Shown here in pieces: positions 1 through 7,465 of a stretch of DNA of 32,000 nt; positions within the stretch are counted from its first letter, which is position 1; the number at the start of each line of letters is the position of its first letter. The notes under the pieces are model-generated. The model searched no databases, was not told the origin of the DNA, and saw only the letters and a list, made by a program, of their open reading frames with translations. Source of the DNA: Thermoproteus tenax Kra 1 (GTDB taxonomy: Archaea; Thermoproteota; Thermoprotei; Thermoproteales; Thermoproteaceae); NCBI RefSeq assembly GCF_000253055.1, contig NC_016070.1, forward strand, positions 1,440,001 through 1,472,000, written 5' to 3'. A program made the translations under genes and the position numbers.

Positions 1-114
1 GAGCTGTCCAAGGTCTGCGAGGGCACAGTCCCCCGATTGGACAGTGTAAATCTACAGGACTACGTAAAACAGGGCATACTGAGGGGGATTGAGCAGTTCT
101 TAAAGGGGAGATGA
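1..114 (+). CDS. 3' end of an unidentified upstream CDS (partial at window edge)
   Basis: Frame 1 is open from the window edge (ELSKVCEGTVPRLDSVNLQDYVKQGILRGIEQFLKGR*). Its TGA (112-114) overlaps the pyrH ATG (111-113) as ATGA, the same coupling seen at many junctions here. Too short to identify. Confidence 0.3.
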   Translation, partial: ELSKVCEGTVPRLDSVNLQDYVKQGILRGIEQFLKGR

Positions 115-770
115 TAGCCGTAAAGCTGAGCGGCCGTATCTTCGACGACCCGGCCCTTGTGAGGGAGTATGCGACGATCCTTAGCTCGATTGAGGAGAGT
201 CTGGCGATAATAACAGGGGGCGGAAGCACAGCCAGACGATATATAGAAGCTGCGAGGAGCATTGGGGCAAATAATTACTTTTTGGACATGATAGGGATAG
301 AGGCCAGCAGGTTGAACGCGTGGCTTCTAGTGGCCGCCCTTGGACCAGACGTCTATCCAAGACCTGCCACCTCGTTAGAGGAGGTAGTAACTGCGCTGGG
401 CTATAAGAGGAGGGTTGTGGTAGGCGGGCTCCAACCTGGCCAGTCTACTGCCACAGTGGCAGCCCTAGTGGCCGAGGCGGTGGGGGCAAGGATGTTAATA
501 AACTGCGCCAACATTGATGGAGTATATGACGATGATCCATCAAAGAATCCTAACGCTAGGAAGATACCCATCGTCAAGGCGTCACAGCTAGCGGCCATGC
601 TTAGATCCAATGCGCTACCTGGCACTTACGAGCTCGCCGACGTGTGGAGTTTAGAAGTGCTAAGACGTAGCAAGATACCCATGTATATAGTCGATGGAAG
701 AACCCCCAACCATCTCTTAAAGGTTCTAAGGGAGGGAGCCAACCCCGGTTCCCTAGTTCTCCCCGAGTAG
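111..770 (+). CDS. pyrH: Uridylate (UMP) kinase, archaeal type
   Basis: 219-aa ORF with amino-acid-kinase family signatures: KLSG near the N-terminus, ITGGGSTARRYI, VVGGLQPGQSTATVAALVAE, NIDGVYDDDP. Confidence 0.9.
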   Translation: MIAVKLSGRIFDDPALVREYATILSSIEESLAIITGGGSTARRYIEAARSIGANNYFLDMIGIEASRLNAWLLVAALGPDVYPRPATSLEEVVTALGYKRRVVVGGLQPGQSTATVAALVAEAVGARMLINCANIDGVYDDDPSKNPNARKIPIVKASQLAAMLRSNALPGTYELADVWSLEVLRRSKIPMYIVDGRTPNHLLKVLREGANPGSLVLPE

Positions 771-829
771 GCGGAGCTCTGGCGTAAAATATATATTATC
801 TACATCATTTATTTCAGGGAGGGACCCCC

Positions 830-1120
830 GAGAAGGCCCATGCGGGCCCGCATGAGGGGTGCTCCAACCGCGGGGATCAGCAATATCCCATCCTGTTAAG
901 CTCTCCAAGACCTCTACATGGATACTATGAGGAGGAACTCCGGGCAGAACATGCGGCCAGCGCTCTGTATGACCTCCTCCCCGCTCATGCTGGGCCTCCA
1001 CCGTGGGAGCCTCGCCCGCTGCCCCTCCTCGGGGTTAACTGGGGCGGGCATTATGGCGTCCTCCCGCCGGGGCCATCCGCCGTTGACCGCCGTATGGAGC
1101 GTGCCATCTAGGCCTCTCTC
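830..1120. ncRNA. Candidate structured non-coding RNA(s) in a GC-rich ORF-free island; identity and strand unresolved (RNase P RNA-like motif on + strand)
   Basis: The 463-bp gap 771-1233 has no credible ORF, while other spacers in the window are under 150 bp. Hand-counted G+C is 62-73% per 60-nt line, against about 50% in neighbouring genes. The termini can pair (830-838 with 1111-1120, 9 bp plus a bulge). Other helices: 850-859/980-990 (10 bp plus a bulge), 1014-1024/1041-1049, hairpin 917-929, and a 16-nt palindrome at 839-854. GAGGAGGAACUCCGGGC at 929-945 resembles RNase P CR-I. AT-rich TATA-like words flank both ends (787-815 and 1141-1153). Confidence 0.4.
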
Positions 1121-1207
1121 AGCCCTCTTCGCCGCTTCGCAATAAAAAATATTGAGTCAATCTCCGCCCTATAGGGCGAGGCCTTCGGTTGTAATACATT
1201 GCTCTCG

Positions 1208-1215
1208 TTAAATAC
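1208..1215 (+). promoter_or_regulatory. TATA-like box for the HTH regulator gene
   Basis: TTAAATAC is centred about 22 nt upstream of the GTG at 1234, the spacing seen for most first-in-operon genes in this window. Confidence 0.4.
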
Positions 1216-1233
1216 AGAGTTTTTCAACACGTT

Positions 1234-1710
1234 GTGAAGTTAACGGCTACAGAGCAACGGATAGTCCAGCTCTACAGCGAGGGGCTTAAGCCCAGAGAGA
1301 TAGCGAATAGGTTGGGCATTTCTATAAACACAGTCTACAAGGCGCTCTCTAAACACAGAAGAATCTCTGAGCTAGCTCAAGGGATAAGCGAAGAGGCGCA
1401 GATCCCACAGGGGGATGCTTACTACGCCGTAGTGACTCCTATATACAGCGTGTCCGCACTCTATAGTTACATCCCCGCGCCATCCCTCCAATACATCGAT
1501 GAGATAAAGAGCTTGATTAAAAGGCTTGAGGACATACTGGAGAAGCTCGAGAAGTTGGACGTCAACGCGGCTACACAGCTCTACAGCAAGAGCCCCGAGT
1601 TGCATCGGAACGCGACTGACAAGGTGACTGACAACGCTATGGCGGCGGACGGCCCCGACTTCTTGAGGCAGAACGTGTGGGTGCGCCTGTTGAGGGGGAG
1701 GGTCGGCTAG
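1234..1710 (+). CDS. Small LuxR/GerE-type helix-turn-helix transcription regulator with an unrecognised C-terminal half
   Basis: 158 aa, GTG start. LTATEQRIVQLYSEGLKPREIANRLGISINTVYKALSK matches the LuxR/GerE (sigma-70 region 4-like) HTH pattern. The remaining ~100 aa are not recognised. Confidence 0.65.
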   Translation: MKLTATEQRIVQLYSEGLKPREIANRLGISINTVYKALSKHRRISELAQGISEEAQIPQGDAYYAVVTPIYSVSALYSYIPAPSLQYIDEIKSLIKRLEDILEKLEKLDVNAATQLYSKSPELHRNATDKVTDNAMAADGPDFLRQNVWVRLLRGRVG

Positions 1711-2906
1711 CGCGTTAATATTTTCAAGATAAGACCGTCTCTGACCTGGCTATCGGCCCCAAGCCTTCTGCCCGTTAAGGCCTCCACAGCCGACACGAAG
1801 CGCTCGCCGATCTCCGAGTGGATCATGTAGGCAACGTCGCGAGCAGTTGCATTGCCGGGCACTAATAACGCATCCGGCAAGACGTTTCCGTTCTTGTCTG
1901 CGAGCTTGTGCTCGTCCTCAACAGGGAACACAACGACGTACTTTAAGGCGTCGAAGACGGCGGCGTTTAGAGCCGTTTGAACTCCAGTGCCGCCGAACTT
2001 CCTCATAACTTCCCTTATCTTCTCTAGCACGGCTAGCTGTTGTTGAGTCAAGTTTCCCACGACCTCAAAGTCGGGATCGCCCGGCTTGTATCTTATCAAG
2101 CCCTTGTTGGCCGCTCTACGCAACGCAAGCTCGGCCTCGGCGCTGGTCGGGACTACTATCCTATTCGGGAAAGCCTTCTTGAGCGCTTTATATCCCTCTT
2201 CGCCCTCGGGTAAATCGACTTTGTTCGCCGCTATAACTATGGGTCTCTCCGAGATCAGCGAGCTTGTGAAGGTCAGAAAGTCCTCATCGGTCCACCTACT
2301 GGGGGGTTTTTTCGACAGCCCCAAGTCTTCCAGCTCTCTCTCCACGTGTTCCCTCTCATATCCGAGCCCGCTCAGTTTCTCCATAAGCACGTCCGCCAAT
2401 GGCCTTTTGCCGTACTCGGAGAATCTGATTGCCTTGTCCCAGTCCTTTTTGATTATCGACATCAGCCACATCACAATCTCTCTCTCTAGAAACTTCACGT
2501 CCTCAACGGGGTCTCTAGAGCCTGGCCTCACGAGCCTGCCCTCCTCGTCGGTGGAGCCGGAGGCGTCTACTATATGTATCAACGCGGGCGCTCTCCTTAT
2601 GTGATCCAAGAACTGGTTACCGAGCCCCCTCCCTTGCCAAGCCCCCGGCACAAGGCCTGCTACATCCACGAGCTCTATGGGTATATAGCATACGCCCTCA
2701 AGTACGACGTAGCTGATGGGATTGCACTTGATATTTTTACAAGGACACTCCCTCCTCACGTAGCCTATGCCCACGTTTGGTTCCACTGTAGTGAAAGGCA
2801 CAGGCCCTATCTTGACGTCTTTCATAGTGCTTGCGGCAAAGAACGTTGATTTGCCCGCGTTGGGCTTGCCCACAATGCCTATCTGTATCCGGGTACGGAC
2901 GACCAC
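1707..2906 (-). CDS. Obg-family P-loop GTPase/ATPase (YchF/OLA1-related, Ygr210-like) with C-terminal TGS-like domain
   Basis: 399 aa, GTG start. G1 is GKPNAGKST. G3 is DVAGLVPGA followed by the glycine-rich GRGLGNQFL. G4 is NKVD. The C-terminal segment is beta-grasp-like and ends DGLILKILTR. Confidence 0.85.
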   Translation of the reverse strand: MVVRTRIQIGIVGKPNAGKSTFFAASTMKDVKIGPVPFTTVEPNVGIGYVRRECPCKNIKCNPISYVVLEGVCYIPIELVDVAGLVPGAWQGRGLGNQFLDHIRRAPALIHIVDASGSTDEEGRLVRPGSRDPVEDVKFLEREIVMWLMSIIKKDWDKAIRFSEYGKRPLADVLMEKLSGLGYEREHVERELEDLGLSKKPPSRWTDEDFLTFTSSLISERPIVIAANKVDLPEGEEGYKALKKAFPNRIVVPTSAEAELALRRAANKGLIRYKPGDPDFEVVGNLTQQQLAVLEKIREVMRKFGGTGVQTALNAAVFDALKYVVVFPVEDEHKLADKNGNVLPDALLVPGNATARDVAYMIHSEIGERFVSAVEALTGRRLGADSQVRDGLILKILTR

Positions 2907-2910
2907 AGGA

Positions 2911-2938
2911 AAAAATTTTTGATGAAGCCTTTTTATTT
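2911..2938. promoter_or_regulatory. Back-to-back divergent TATA-like boxes in a 32-bp spacer
   Basis: AAAAATTTTT (2911-2920) is centred about 24 nt upstream of the GTG at 2939 on the + strand. TTTTATTT (2931-2938, read as AAATAAAA on the - strand) is centred about 28 nt upstream of the GTG at 2906 on the - strand. Confidence 0.35.
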
Positions 2939-4246
2939 GTGAGCCTAAAAAGAATAATCATCATAATAATATTATTATTAATAGTATTGCTATTATTTAA
3001 AAATATATTACTTATTATATTAATAGGATTTATCATATTATTTTTAAATAGAATGAAAAAATTTATCTCTATATATAGAGAATGGGCCCGTATTAGGATC
3101 GAGATCTTCCTCATATCGCTTGGGGCATTTATTATTTCGTTGTTGTTAAGGCCCAACAACGTTACAGCGAGGCTGCTCGCCCTCCTCGTCGAAGTAGTAG
3201 CATTGTCTATTTCGCCGTTCTATCCTTCCCCCTCTGTAGCGCTATCTCTTCTAGGTTTGGCCATCGAGACGCCTACGGGAGGACCCCTGAGGGTTTCCCT
3301 ATTGATTGTCGCCTCAATTATGGGCTATCTGCTCGGCTCCATGTTTGACAGGGCAGAGATAACTAAGTTAAATATAGGATCTCTTGATATAAAAGATATA
3401 ATAAAGAAGATAAATAATTATAATATTATTATAAAAGATAGAAAAAATTTTTATTTTGTATCAAGAGGCAATAGAGGTAGACGGGACTTTGACGGACCAA
3501 TACTCGTCTGGCTCCCTAAAGAGAATCTTTCGTACAGTTGTAGATCTTTGAACTGCTTGCCCACATCACTACGCTTGGCCACAGCCGAGGAGACTCTGGG
3601 CGAAGATCTATACTTGTTATTTCCCGAGTTAAAGGAGATAAAGAGCCCCCTTGTTGTCTACGCTGAACGGAGCATCGGAAGATCGCTCCTTCGATATTCC
3701 AGTAAGGTCTATGTTCTCTCCAACGGCCAGGCGAACATCACAGTAAATATATCTGAAATACCATTAGAAAAGAAAATAAAAATAATTATAGATATACTCG
3801 AATATTTTTATGGAATAAAAGATAAAGAGATGCCAGGCCTTCTCTATGACTTTTTCACTACGGGGAGAGCCGCCTTTGATAACCCCAATATGTCGATATT
3901 TTTCGACCTCATCAGAGGCCTCGATAGATGGTCCGACGTGCCCGAGATAGTTGAACTTGGCCAAGACCCTAGATCGGTTTTAGCGGCCTTCGCATTGTAC
4001 ATAAAGTATGGTGGAATGGTTGTTACATCGTCCGGTGGCATCTTCGAGCTATTGAGGAGAAACGACGTTAGAGTAGTATTAGTGACAAACAGGAAATATG
4101 ATAAGGCCTCTTCGTTTATTGTGCTCGCCCCCGTCCCGGCGCCGGAGCTCGCAGGTCCCTTCAGCAAGTTCGTCGATAAATTATCCGACGGCGAATACGT
4201 GGGAATAGTAGAGGGCGTGCCAGTACACGGATTTTTAAAGGAGTGA
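2939..4246 (+). CDS. Hypothetical multi-pass membrane protein with ~280-aa unrecognised soluble C-terminal domain
   Basis: The ORF is open from 2831, but it must start after the divergent GTPase gene. GTG at 2939 would add a poly-Ile/Leu segment (IIIIIILLLIVLLLF, ILLIILIGFIILFL) whose codons carry T at position 2. ATG at 3053 (MKKFISIY...) is the conservative alternative. Further hydrophobic helices are IEIFLISLGAFIISLLL, LLALLVEVVALSI and VSLLIVASIMGYLLG. No Walker or other catalytic motif was seen. Confidence 0.7.
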   Translation: MSLKRIIIIIILLLIVLLLFKNILLIILIGFIILFLNRMKKFISIYREWARIRIEIFLISLGAFIISLLLRPNNVTARLLALLVEVVALSISPFYPSPSVALSLLGLAIETPTGGPLRVSLLIVASIMGYLLGSMFDRAEITKLNIGSLDIKDIIKKINNYNIIIKDRKNFYFVSRGNRGRRDFDGPILVWLPKENLSYSCRSLNCLPTSLRLATAEETLGEDLYLLFPELKEIKSPLVVYAERSIGRSLLRYSSKVYVLSNGQANITVNISEIPLEKKIKIIIDILEYFYGIKDKEMPGLLYDFFTTGRAAFDNPNMSIFFDLIRGLDRWSDVPEIVELGQDPRSVLAAFALYIKYGGMVVTSSGGIFELLRRNDVRVVLVTNRKYDKASSFIVLAPVPAPELAGPFSKFVDKLSDGEYVGIVEGVPVHGFLKE

Positions 4247-4258
4247 TTCAGTATTTTC

Positions 4259-6196
4259 ATGGAGAAGGCCGAGGTCAGGGCGGCCGAAAGGGCCGAGGCC
4301 GCCCCAAAGCCCCCTCATCTGGTCAAAGACATCTTGGAGTATCCAGGTGTCAGAGTTGTTCCCTCGCATAGTCTCAAGGCGGTGTGGAAGTACTTCAGAG
4401 AGTTTCCTCACGATATTCTGCCCGTGTTCAGAAACGCCTTTTCGGATTTAATCGAGGGAGTTATATATCCTAACACTGTTCTCTTGCTCAAAGACAAGGC
4501 TGACGATAGACGGGTAGGCGAAGTGGTAAATAAGGCAGTATCAATATCGTTGGGGGCGACTGTAGAAGAGGCATATAAGCTGCTCAGAGACAGGAGGACG
4601 CCTGGCGCTATTGTGTTGGACGACGAGGGGAAGTACGTGGGCATTGTGACCCTCAGAGGCTTGTTGGAGGCCGTAAAACAGATGCAGCCAAAGGCCAGAT
4701 CGGTCAATGCGGTCTATAGCGAGTTTGGCGCAGCTGTTCAGAGAATCGAGGAGAATAGAGATATTGGCGAGATTATGAAGAAGATAGCGGGCGGCGACGC
4801 GGACGGCGCCGTTGTCGTTAACAAGAGGGGGCTTGTGGCCGGCGTCATAACCGTGTGGGATTTCATAAGATCCTCGATCTGGCTTAGACCAAGGAGAGAG
4901 CCAAGGCCGATCTTCGGCAAAGGCGTCTCGAGAGGCTCATCGGCCGAGGCCAAGGCGCCGGCCGCTAAAGCCGTAATGTCGACTGGAGTTCCCATCGTTA
5001 CCCCAAGGACTCCGATAGAGGACGCTGCGCAAGCTATGGCAACGTTAGGGGTCTACGTGTTGCCCGTCGTCGATAAAGACGGCAGGGCCATCGGCGCATT
5101 GACTGCTTTCGACGTGTTGAAGGCATATTTCGAGGGGCCGAAGGAGGGAAGAGAGGATCTGGAGCCCGAGAGACCAATCAAGGGAGCTGAGGAGCTCAAG
5201 CCAAGCGCGTTGGAGCCCAAGCCGGTCAAGTTCGCTACTGGAGTTAGGGCCAGAGATATACTGAGGTCTGACGTACCCACTGTCAGTCTGTTTGACAGCA
5301 TATCCCATATCAGGAGGGTGATGGTGAAGACCGACGCGCCCATTGTGGCTGTGGTTAACGAGGACAGGAAGATCGTGGGCCTTATATCTAGGCGCGATAT
5401 GTTGTTCTATTTGGCTGAGAAGTCCTTGGGATACTGGAAGGTTCAAAAGGGCAAAAAGCTTGTGCTCAAGGAGAACGTAATGCCGGGCGAACAAGCCAAG
5501 CTGTTAAGGGAGGAGGGGACTGCCTCAGACGTTATGAGGGTCGATGTGCCCAAGCTGTCGGCCGACGCCTCGGCTGAAGAGATAGCCTACCATATGCTTG
5601 CGGCAGGGACCGACTATGTGCTAATAGTGGACAACAGCGGCGAGCCCCTGGGCGTGATAACCAGAGACGACTTGGTAAAAGTCTACGCGGAGAGGGGGAG
5701 GGAGGAGGCGACGGTCGCTGAATTGATGAGCCCTGCCGATATAGTGACTGTCACGCCGTTTCACAGCGTATCCCACGTTGTGGAAAAGATGAAGAAGTAC
5801 GAGCTTGACGGTATACTAGTTGTTGAGGGGAGCGATGTGAGGGGCGCCATAGTGGACAACAAGCTTACGTTGACGCCAATAGAGGAGAGCCTGAGAGGCG
5901 AGAGAGTCTTCATAATAACCAGGAGCGGGTCTAAGAAGGGAGGCTCCGAAAGGCTTAGATATCCAAAGGCGAGTCCCCTTACCGCGTCCGACATAATGGA
6001 CGAGCCCCCGCCCACTATAACCGCCAACGAGGCGGCCCGCGCCACGGCGGCCCGCGTCTTGAGACACGGCGTTGTGGCAGTGTTTGACCAACAGGGGAGA
6101 CTTATAGGCGCGTTGACAGGCTTTGACTTAGTCCGCGATTTGGCAAGAGCCTATGCGACCTCCAAGGCTGAGATAGCCAAGAGGGTTGAGGCTTAA
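4259..6196 (+). CDS. Stand-alone poly-CBS-domain protein (at least seven CBS motifs)
   Basis: 645 aa. The CBS strand-helix signature recurs seven times: GIVTLRGLLEAV, AGVITVWDFIRS, IGALTAFDVLKAY, VGLISRRDMLFYL, LGVITRDDLVKVY, RGAIVDNKL, IGALTGFDLVRDL. A Pro/Glu/Lys-rich linker lies near aa 295-325. No other domain was recognised. Confidence 0.85.
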   Translation: MEKAEVRAAERAEAAPKPPHLVKDILEYPGVRVVPSHSLKAVWKYFREFPHDILPVFRNAFSDLIEGVIYPNTVLLLKDKADDRRVGEVVNKAVSISLGATVEEAYKLLRDRRTPGAIVLDDEGKYVGIVTLRGLLEAVKQMQPKARSVNAVYSEFGAAVQRIEENRDIGEIMKKIAGGDADGAVVVNKRGLVAGVITVWDFIRSSIWLRPRREPRPIFGKGVSRGSSAEAKAPAAKAVMSTGVPIVTPRTPIEDAAQAMATLGVYVLPVVDKDGRAIGALTAFDVLKAYFEGPKEGREDLEPERPIKGAEELKPSALEPKPVKFATGVRARDILRSDVPTVSLFDSISHIRRVMVKTDAPIVAVVNEDRKIVGLISRRDMLFYLAEKSLGYWKVQKGKKLVLKENVMPGEQAKLLREEGTASDVMRVDVPKLSADASAEEIAYHMLAAGTDYVLIVDNSGEPLGVITRDDLVKVYAERGREEATVAELMSPADIVTVTPFHSVSHVVEKMKKYELDGILVVEGSDVRGAIVDNKLTLTPIEESLRGERVFIITRSGSKKGGSERLRYPKASPLTASDIMDEPPPTITANEAARATAARVLRHGVVAVFDQQGRLIGALTGFDLVRDLARAYATSKAEIAKRVEA

Positions 6197-6534
6197 TGGA
6201 CGCCAGGACGGCAATAGAGCATAACCTCTGGCAGACGCCCGAGGGCCTCTACTTAAGGCTGGTGGTGATTAGAGATCGTAGCGAGGCATGTAGGGAGAGG
6301 ATGTCCATAGAGGGGATGGACATAGTCTTATACGTCTGTGAGGAGATCCCTTTGAGAGATACAGCTGCCGTGTATAACTTTTTTAAAAATATTGGTATAA
6401 GTAATATTGAATTAATCTACGGTGAAACATCAAGAGTAAAAATATTTAGAATTATTGATAAATATGATAAAGTCCTTGAAAAATTGCTGACGATAGCGAC
6501 ACCGTCAGAGGGGCCTACTTGGGCCAAATCTTAA
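6196..6534 (+). CDS. Small protein, probably YggU/DUF167 (UPF0235) family
   Basis: 112 aa, with a TAATG overlap with the CBS gene. The pattern LYLRLVV ... DIVLYVCEEIPLRDTAAVYNFFKNIGISNIELIYGETSRVKIFRI resembles the DUF167 signature ending G-x-TSR-x-K. This is from memory only. Confidence 0.5.
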   Translation: MDARTAIEHNLWQTPEGLYLRLVVIRDRSEACRERMSIEGMDIVLYVCEEIPLRDTAAVYNFFKNIGISNIELIYGETSRVKIFRIIDKYDKVLEKLLTIATPSEGPTWAKS

Positions 6535-6564
6535 GGCAATGCCGATAAATCTCTGAGCGATAAA

Positions 6565-6572
6565 CTATATTA
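6565..6572 (+). promoter_or_regulatory. TATA-like box for the S11 gene
   Basis: CTATATTA is centred about 24 nt upstream of the GTG at 6593. Confidence 0.45.
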
Positions 6573-6592
6573 ACCGGAGGAGATCCCTCCAC

Positions 6593-7015
6593 GTGTCCAC
6601 CGCCGGCGAACAGACGGAAACAAAGCCTCAGAAGCTGAGGTGGGGTATAGCGTGGATTTATTCAAGTAGCAATAATACTATGATAACGATAACCGATCTG
6701 ACAGGGGCAGAGACTGTGGCCCGCGTGAGCGGAGGACAAGTAGTTAAGGCGGATAAAGACAAGCCATCTCCCTGGGCTGCCATGCAGGCTGCATATAGGG
6801 CCGCGCAACTGGCCATGGCCAGAGGGATCAACGCAGTCCATATAAAGGTCAGAGGGCCAGGAGGCTACGGGATGAAGGTTCCAGGCCCTGGCGCCAGCGC
6901 AGCCATCAGAGCTCTGGCGAGGGCCGGCCTCATAATAGGGAGAATAGAGGACGTCACTCCAATACCTCACGACACTATAAGGCCGCCGCATGGCCGTAAA
7001 GGGAGGAGAGTCTAA
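6593..7015 (+). CDS. rps11: 30S ribosomal protein S11 (uS11)
   Basis: 140 aa, GTG start. The uS11 core is unmistakable: [18 protein letters not shown] ... [30 protein letters not shown] ... [31 protein letters not shown]. Confidence 0.95.
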   Translation: MSTAGEQTETKPQKLRWGIAWIYSSSNNTMITITDLTGAETVARVSGGQVVKADKDKPSPWAAMQAAYRAAQLAMARGINAVHIKVRGPGGYGMKVPGPGASAAIRALARAGLIIGRIEDVTPIPHDTIRPPHGRKGRRV

Positions 7016-7330
7016 ATGGCGAAAAAGGACTGCCTCATAGTATACCTGGACTATTGTTCCAAGAGGTCCCCCTATCGCGAGGAAATGGGGAAGATCTTAA
7101 GATACGCGAGGATAAACGCGCTTAGGCTTATCCTTATAACTAGGTGTACGGCCCTCGAGCTTGAGCTTCAAGACTTGAGACAGCTGAGCAACGACAACAT
7201 GGAGTTTCCAGTGAGGCTGTACGAAGATGCGTCGGCTGAAGACGTCGCAAAGCTAGAAAAGTGCGCTACATTCGACGTAAAGACAGTAGACGAAATAAAT
7301 ATATCGTGGCCTGTTAAAATCGAGACGTGA
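7016..7330 (+). CDS. Hypothetical 104-aa protein immediately following S11
   Basis: The ATG directly abuts the S11 TAA (TAAATG). The amino-acid composition is normal, and no family was recognised. Confidence 0.5.
   Translation: MAKKDCLIVYLDYCSKRSPYREEMGKILRYARINALRLILITRCTALELELQDLRQLSNDNMEFPVRLYEDASAEDVAKLEKCATFDVKTVDEINISWPVKIET
7293..7304 (+). promoter_or_regulatory. TATA-like box for C/D-box sRNA candidate 1
   Basis: AAATAAATATAT lies inside the 3' end of ORF104. It is centred about 24 nt upstream of position ~7323, which is 4 nt before the C box. Confidence 0.35.
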
Positions 7331-7376
7331 TGAGAAGGCATTAGCGGCGTCTTATTGCCGGCGCTGGAACTGCTGA
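7327..7376 (+). ncRNA. C/D-box sRNA candidate 1 (weak internal boxes)
   Basis: C box GUGAUGA (7327-7333) contains the TGA stop of ORF104. D box CUGA is at 7373-7376, exactly 50 nt overall. The putative guides are GAAGGCAUUAGC and GCGCUGGAACUG. The D'/C' boxes are degenerate. Confidence 0.35.
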
Positions 7377-7384
7377 TATTTAAA
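7377..7384 (+). promoter_or_regulatory. TATA-like box for C/D-box sRNA candidate 2
   Basis: TATTTAAA sits immediately after the D box of candidate 1. It is centred about 24 nt upstream of ~7405, which is 3 nt before the next C box. Confidence 0.45.
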
Positions 7385-7407
7385 TTGTAGACTGGGATTA
7401 TACCCTG

Positions 7408-7455
7408 GTGATGACGCTGAGCTACGCCGAGATCGTGAAGAGCGGATAAGGCTGA
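7408..7455 (+). ncRNA. C/D-box sRNA candidate 2
   Basis: The layout is canonical for archaea. C box GUGAUGA (7408-7414), 12-nt guide CGCUGAGCUACG (7415-7426), D' CCGA (7427-7430), 4-nt spacer, C' GUGAAGA (7435-7441), 10-nt guide GCGGAUAAGG (7442-7451), D box CUGA (7452-7455). Total length is 48 nt. Confidence 0.6.
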
Positions 7456-7457
7456 AA

Positions 7458-7465
7458 TTTATAAA
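7458..7465 (+). promoter_or_regulatory. TATA-like box for the NOG1-like GTPase gene
   Basis: TTTATAAA sits directly after the sRNA D box. Its centre is only about 18 nt from the GTG at 7479, shorter than the usual ~24 nt. Confidence 0.35.

Noticed and set aside
886-929. 5S rRNA-like words (UCCCAUCC, GUUAAGC, and hairpin CAUGG-AUA-CUAUG resembling helix IV/loop D)
   Set aside because: The segment between CCCAUCC and GUUAAGC lacks the CGAACCCGGAA loop C/helix III core. CCCAUCC is instead the 3' strand of a local hairpin (873-889). The overall fold does not match the three-arm 5S structure.
821-1140. SRP (7S) RNA, including the permuted form known from Thermoproteus
   Set aside because: I could not find the helix 8 signature on either strand (a GNAR tetraloop closed by G-C pairs and followed by AGCA). 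Only loose resemblances turned up, such as GGGGCAGCGGG on the minus strand. It cannot be excluded without a covariance-model search.
753-1145. ORFs 753-1001 (minus strand, 82 aa) and 918-1145 (plus strand, 75 aa) in the pyrH-HTH gap
   Set aside because: They overlap each other on opposite strands. Their composition is Pro/Gly/Arg/His-rich, which is typical of reading through GC-rich structured DNA. They have no recognisable motifs and no properly spaced TATA box or start context. The region is better explained as an RNA gene.
2737-3159. 140-aa minus-strand ORF running through the AT-rich island
   Set aside because: Its 3' half overlaps the N-terminal coding region of the GTPase in a different frame. 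Its AT-rich part translates to Asn/Ile low complexity with A at codon position 2. The plus frame shows the more convincing periodicity for a hydrophobic coding segment.
6576-6590. GGAGG-AGAUC-CCUCC hairpin / Shine-Dalgarno-like GGAGG just upstream of the S11 GTG
   Set aside because: It is a 5-bp stem of marginal stability. With the TATA box at 6565-6572 the transcript would begin at or after this element. It could serve as an SD only on read-through transcripts. That is not enough to call a regulatory feature.
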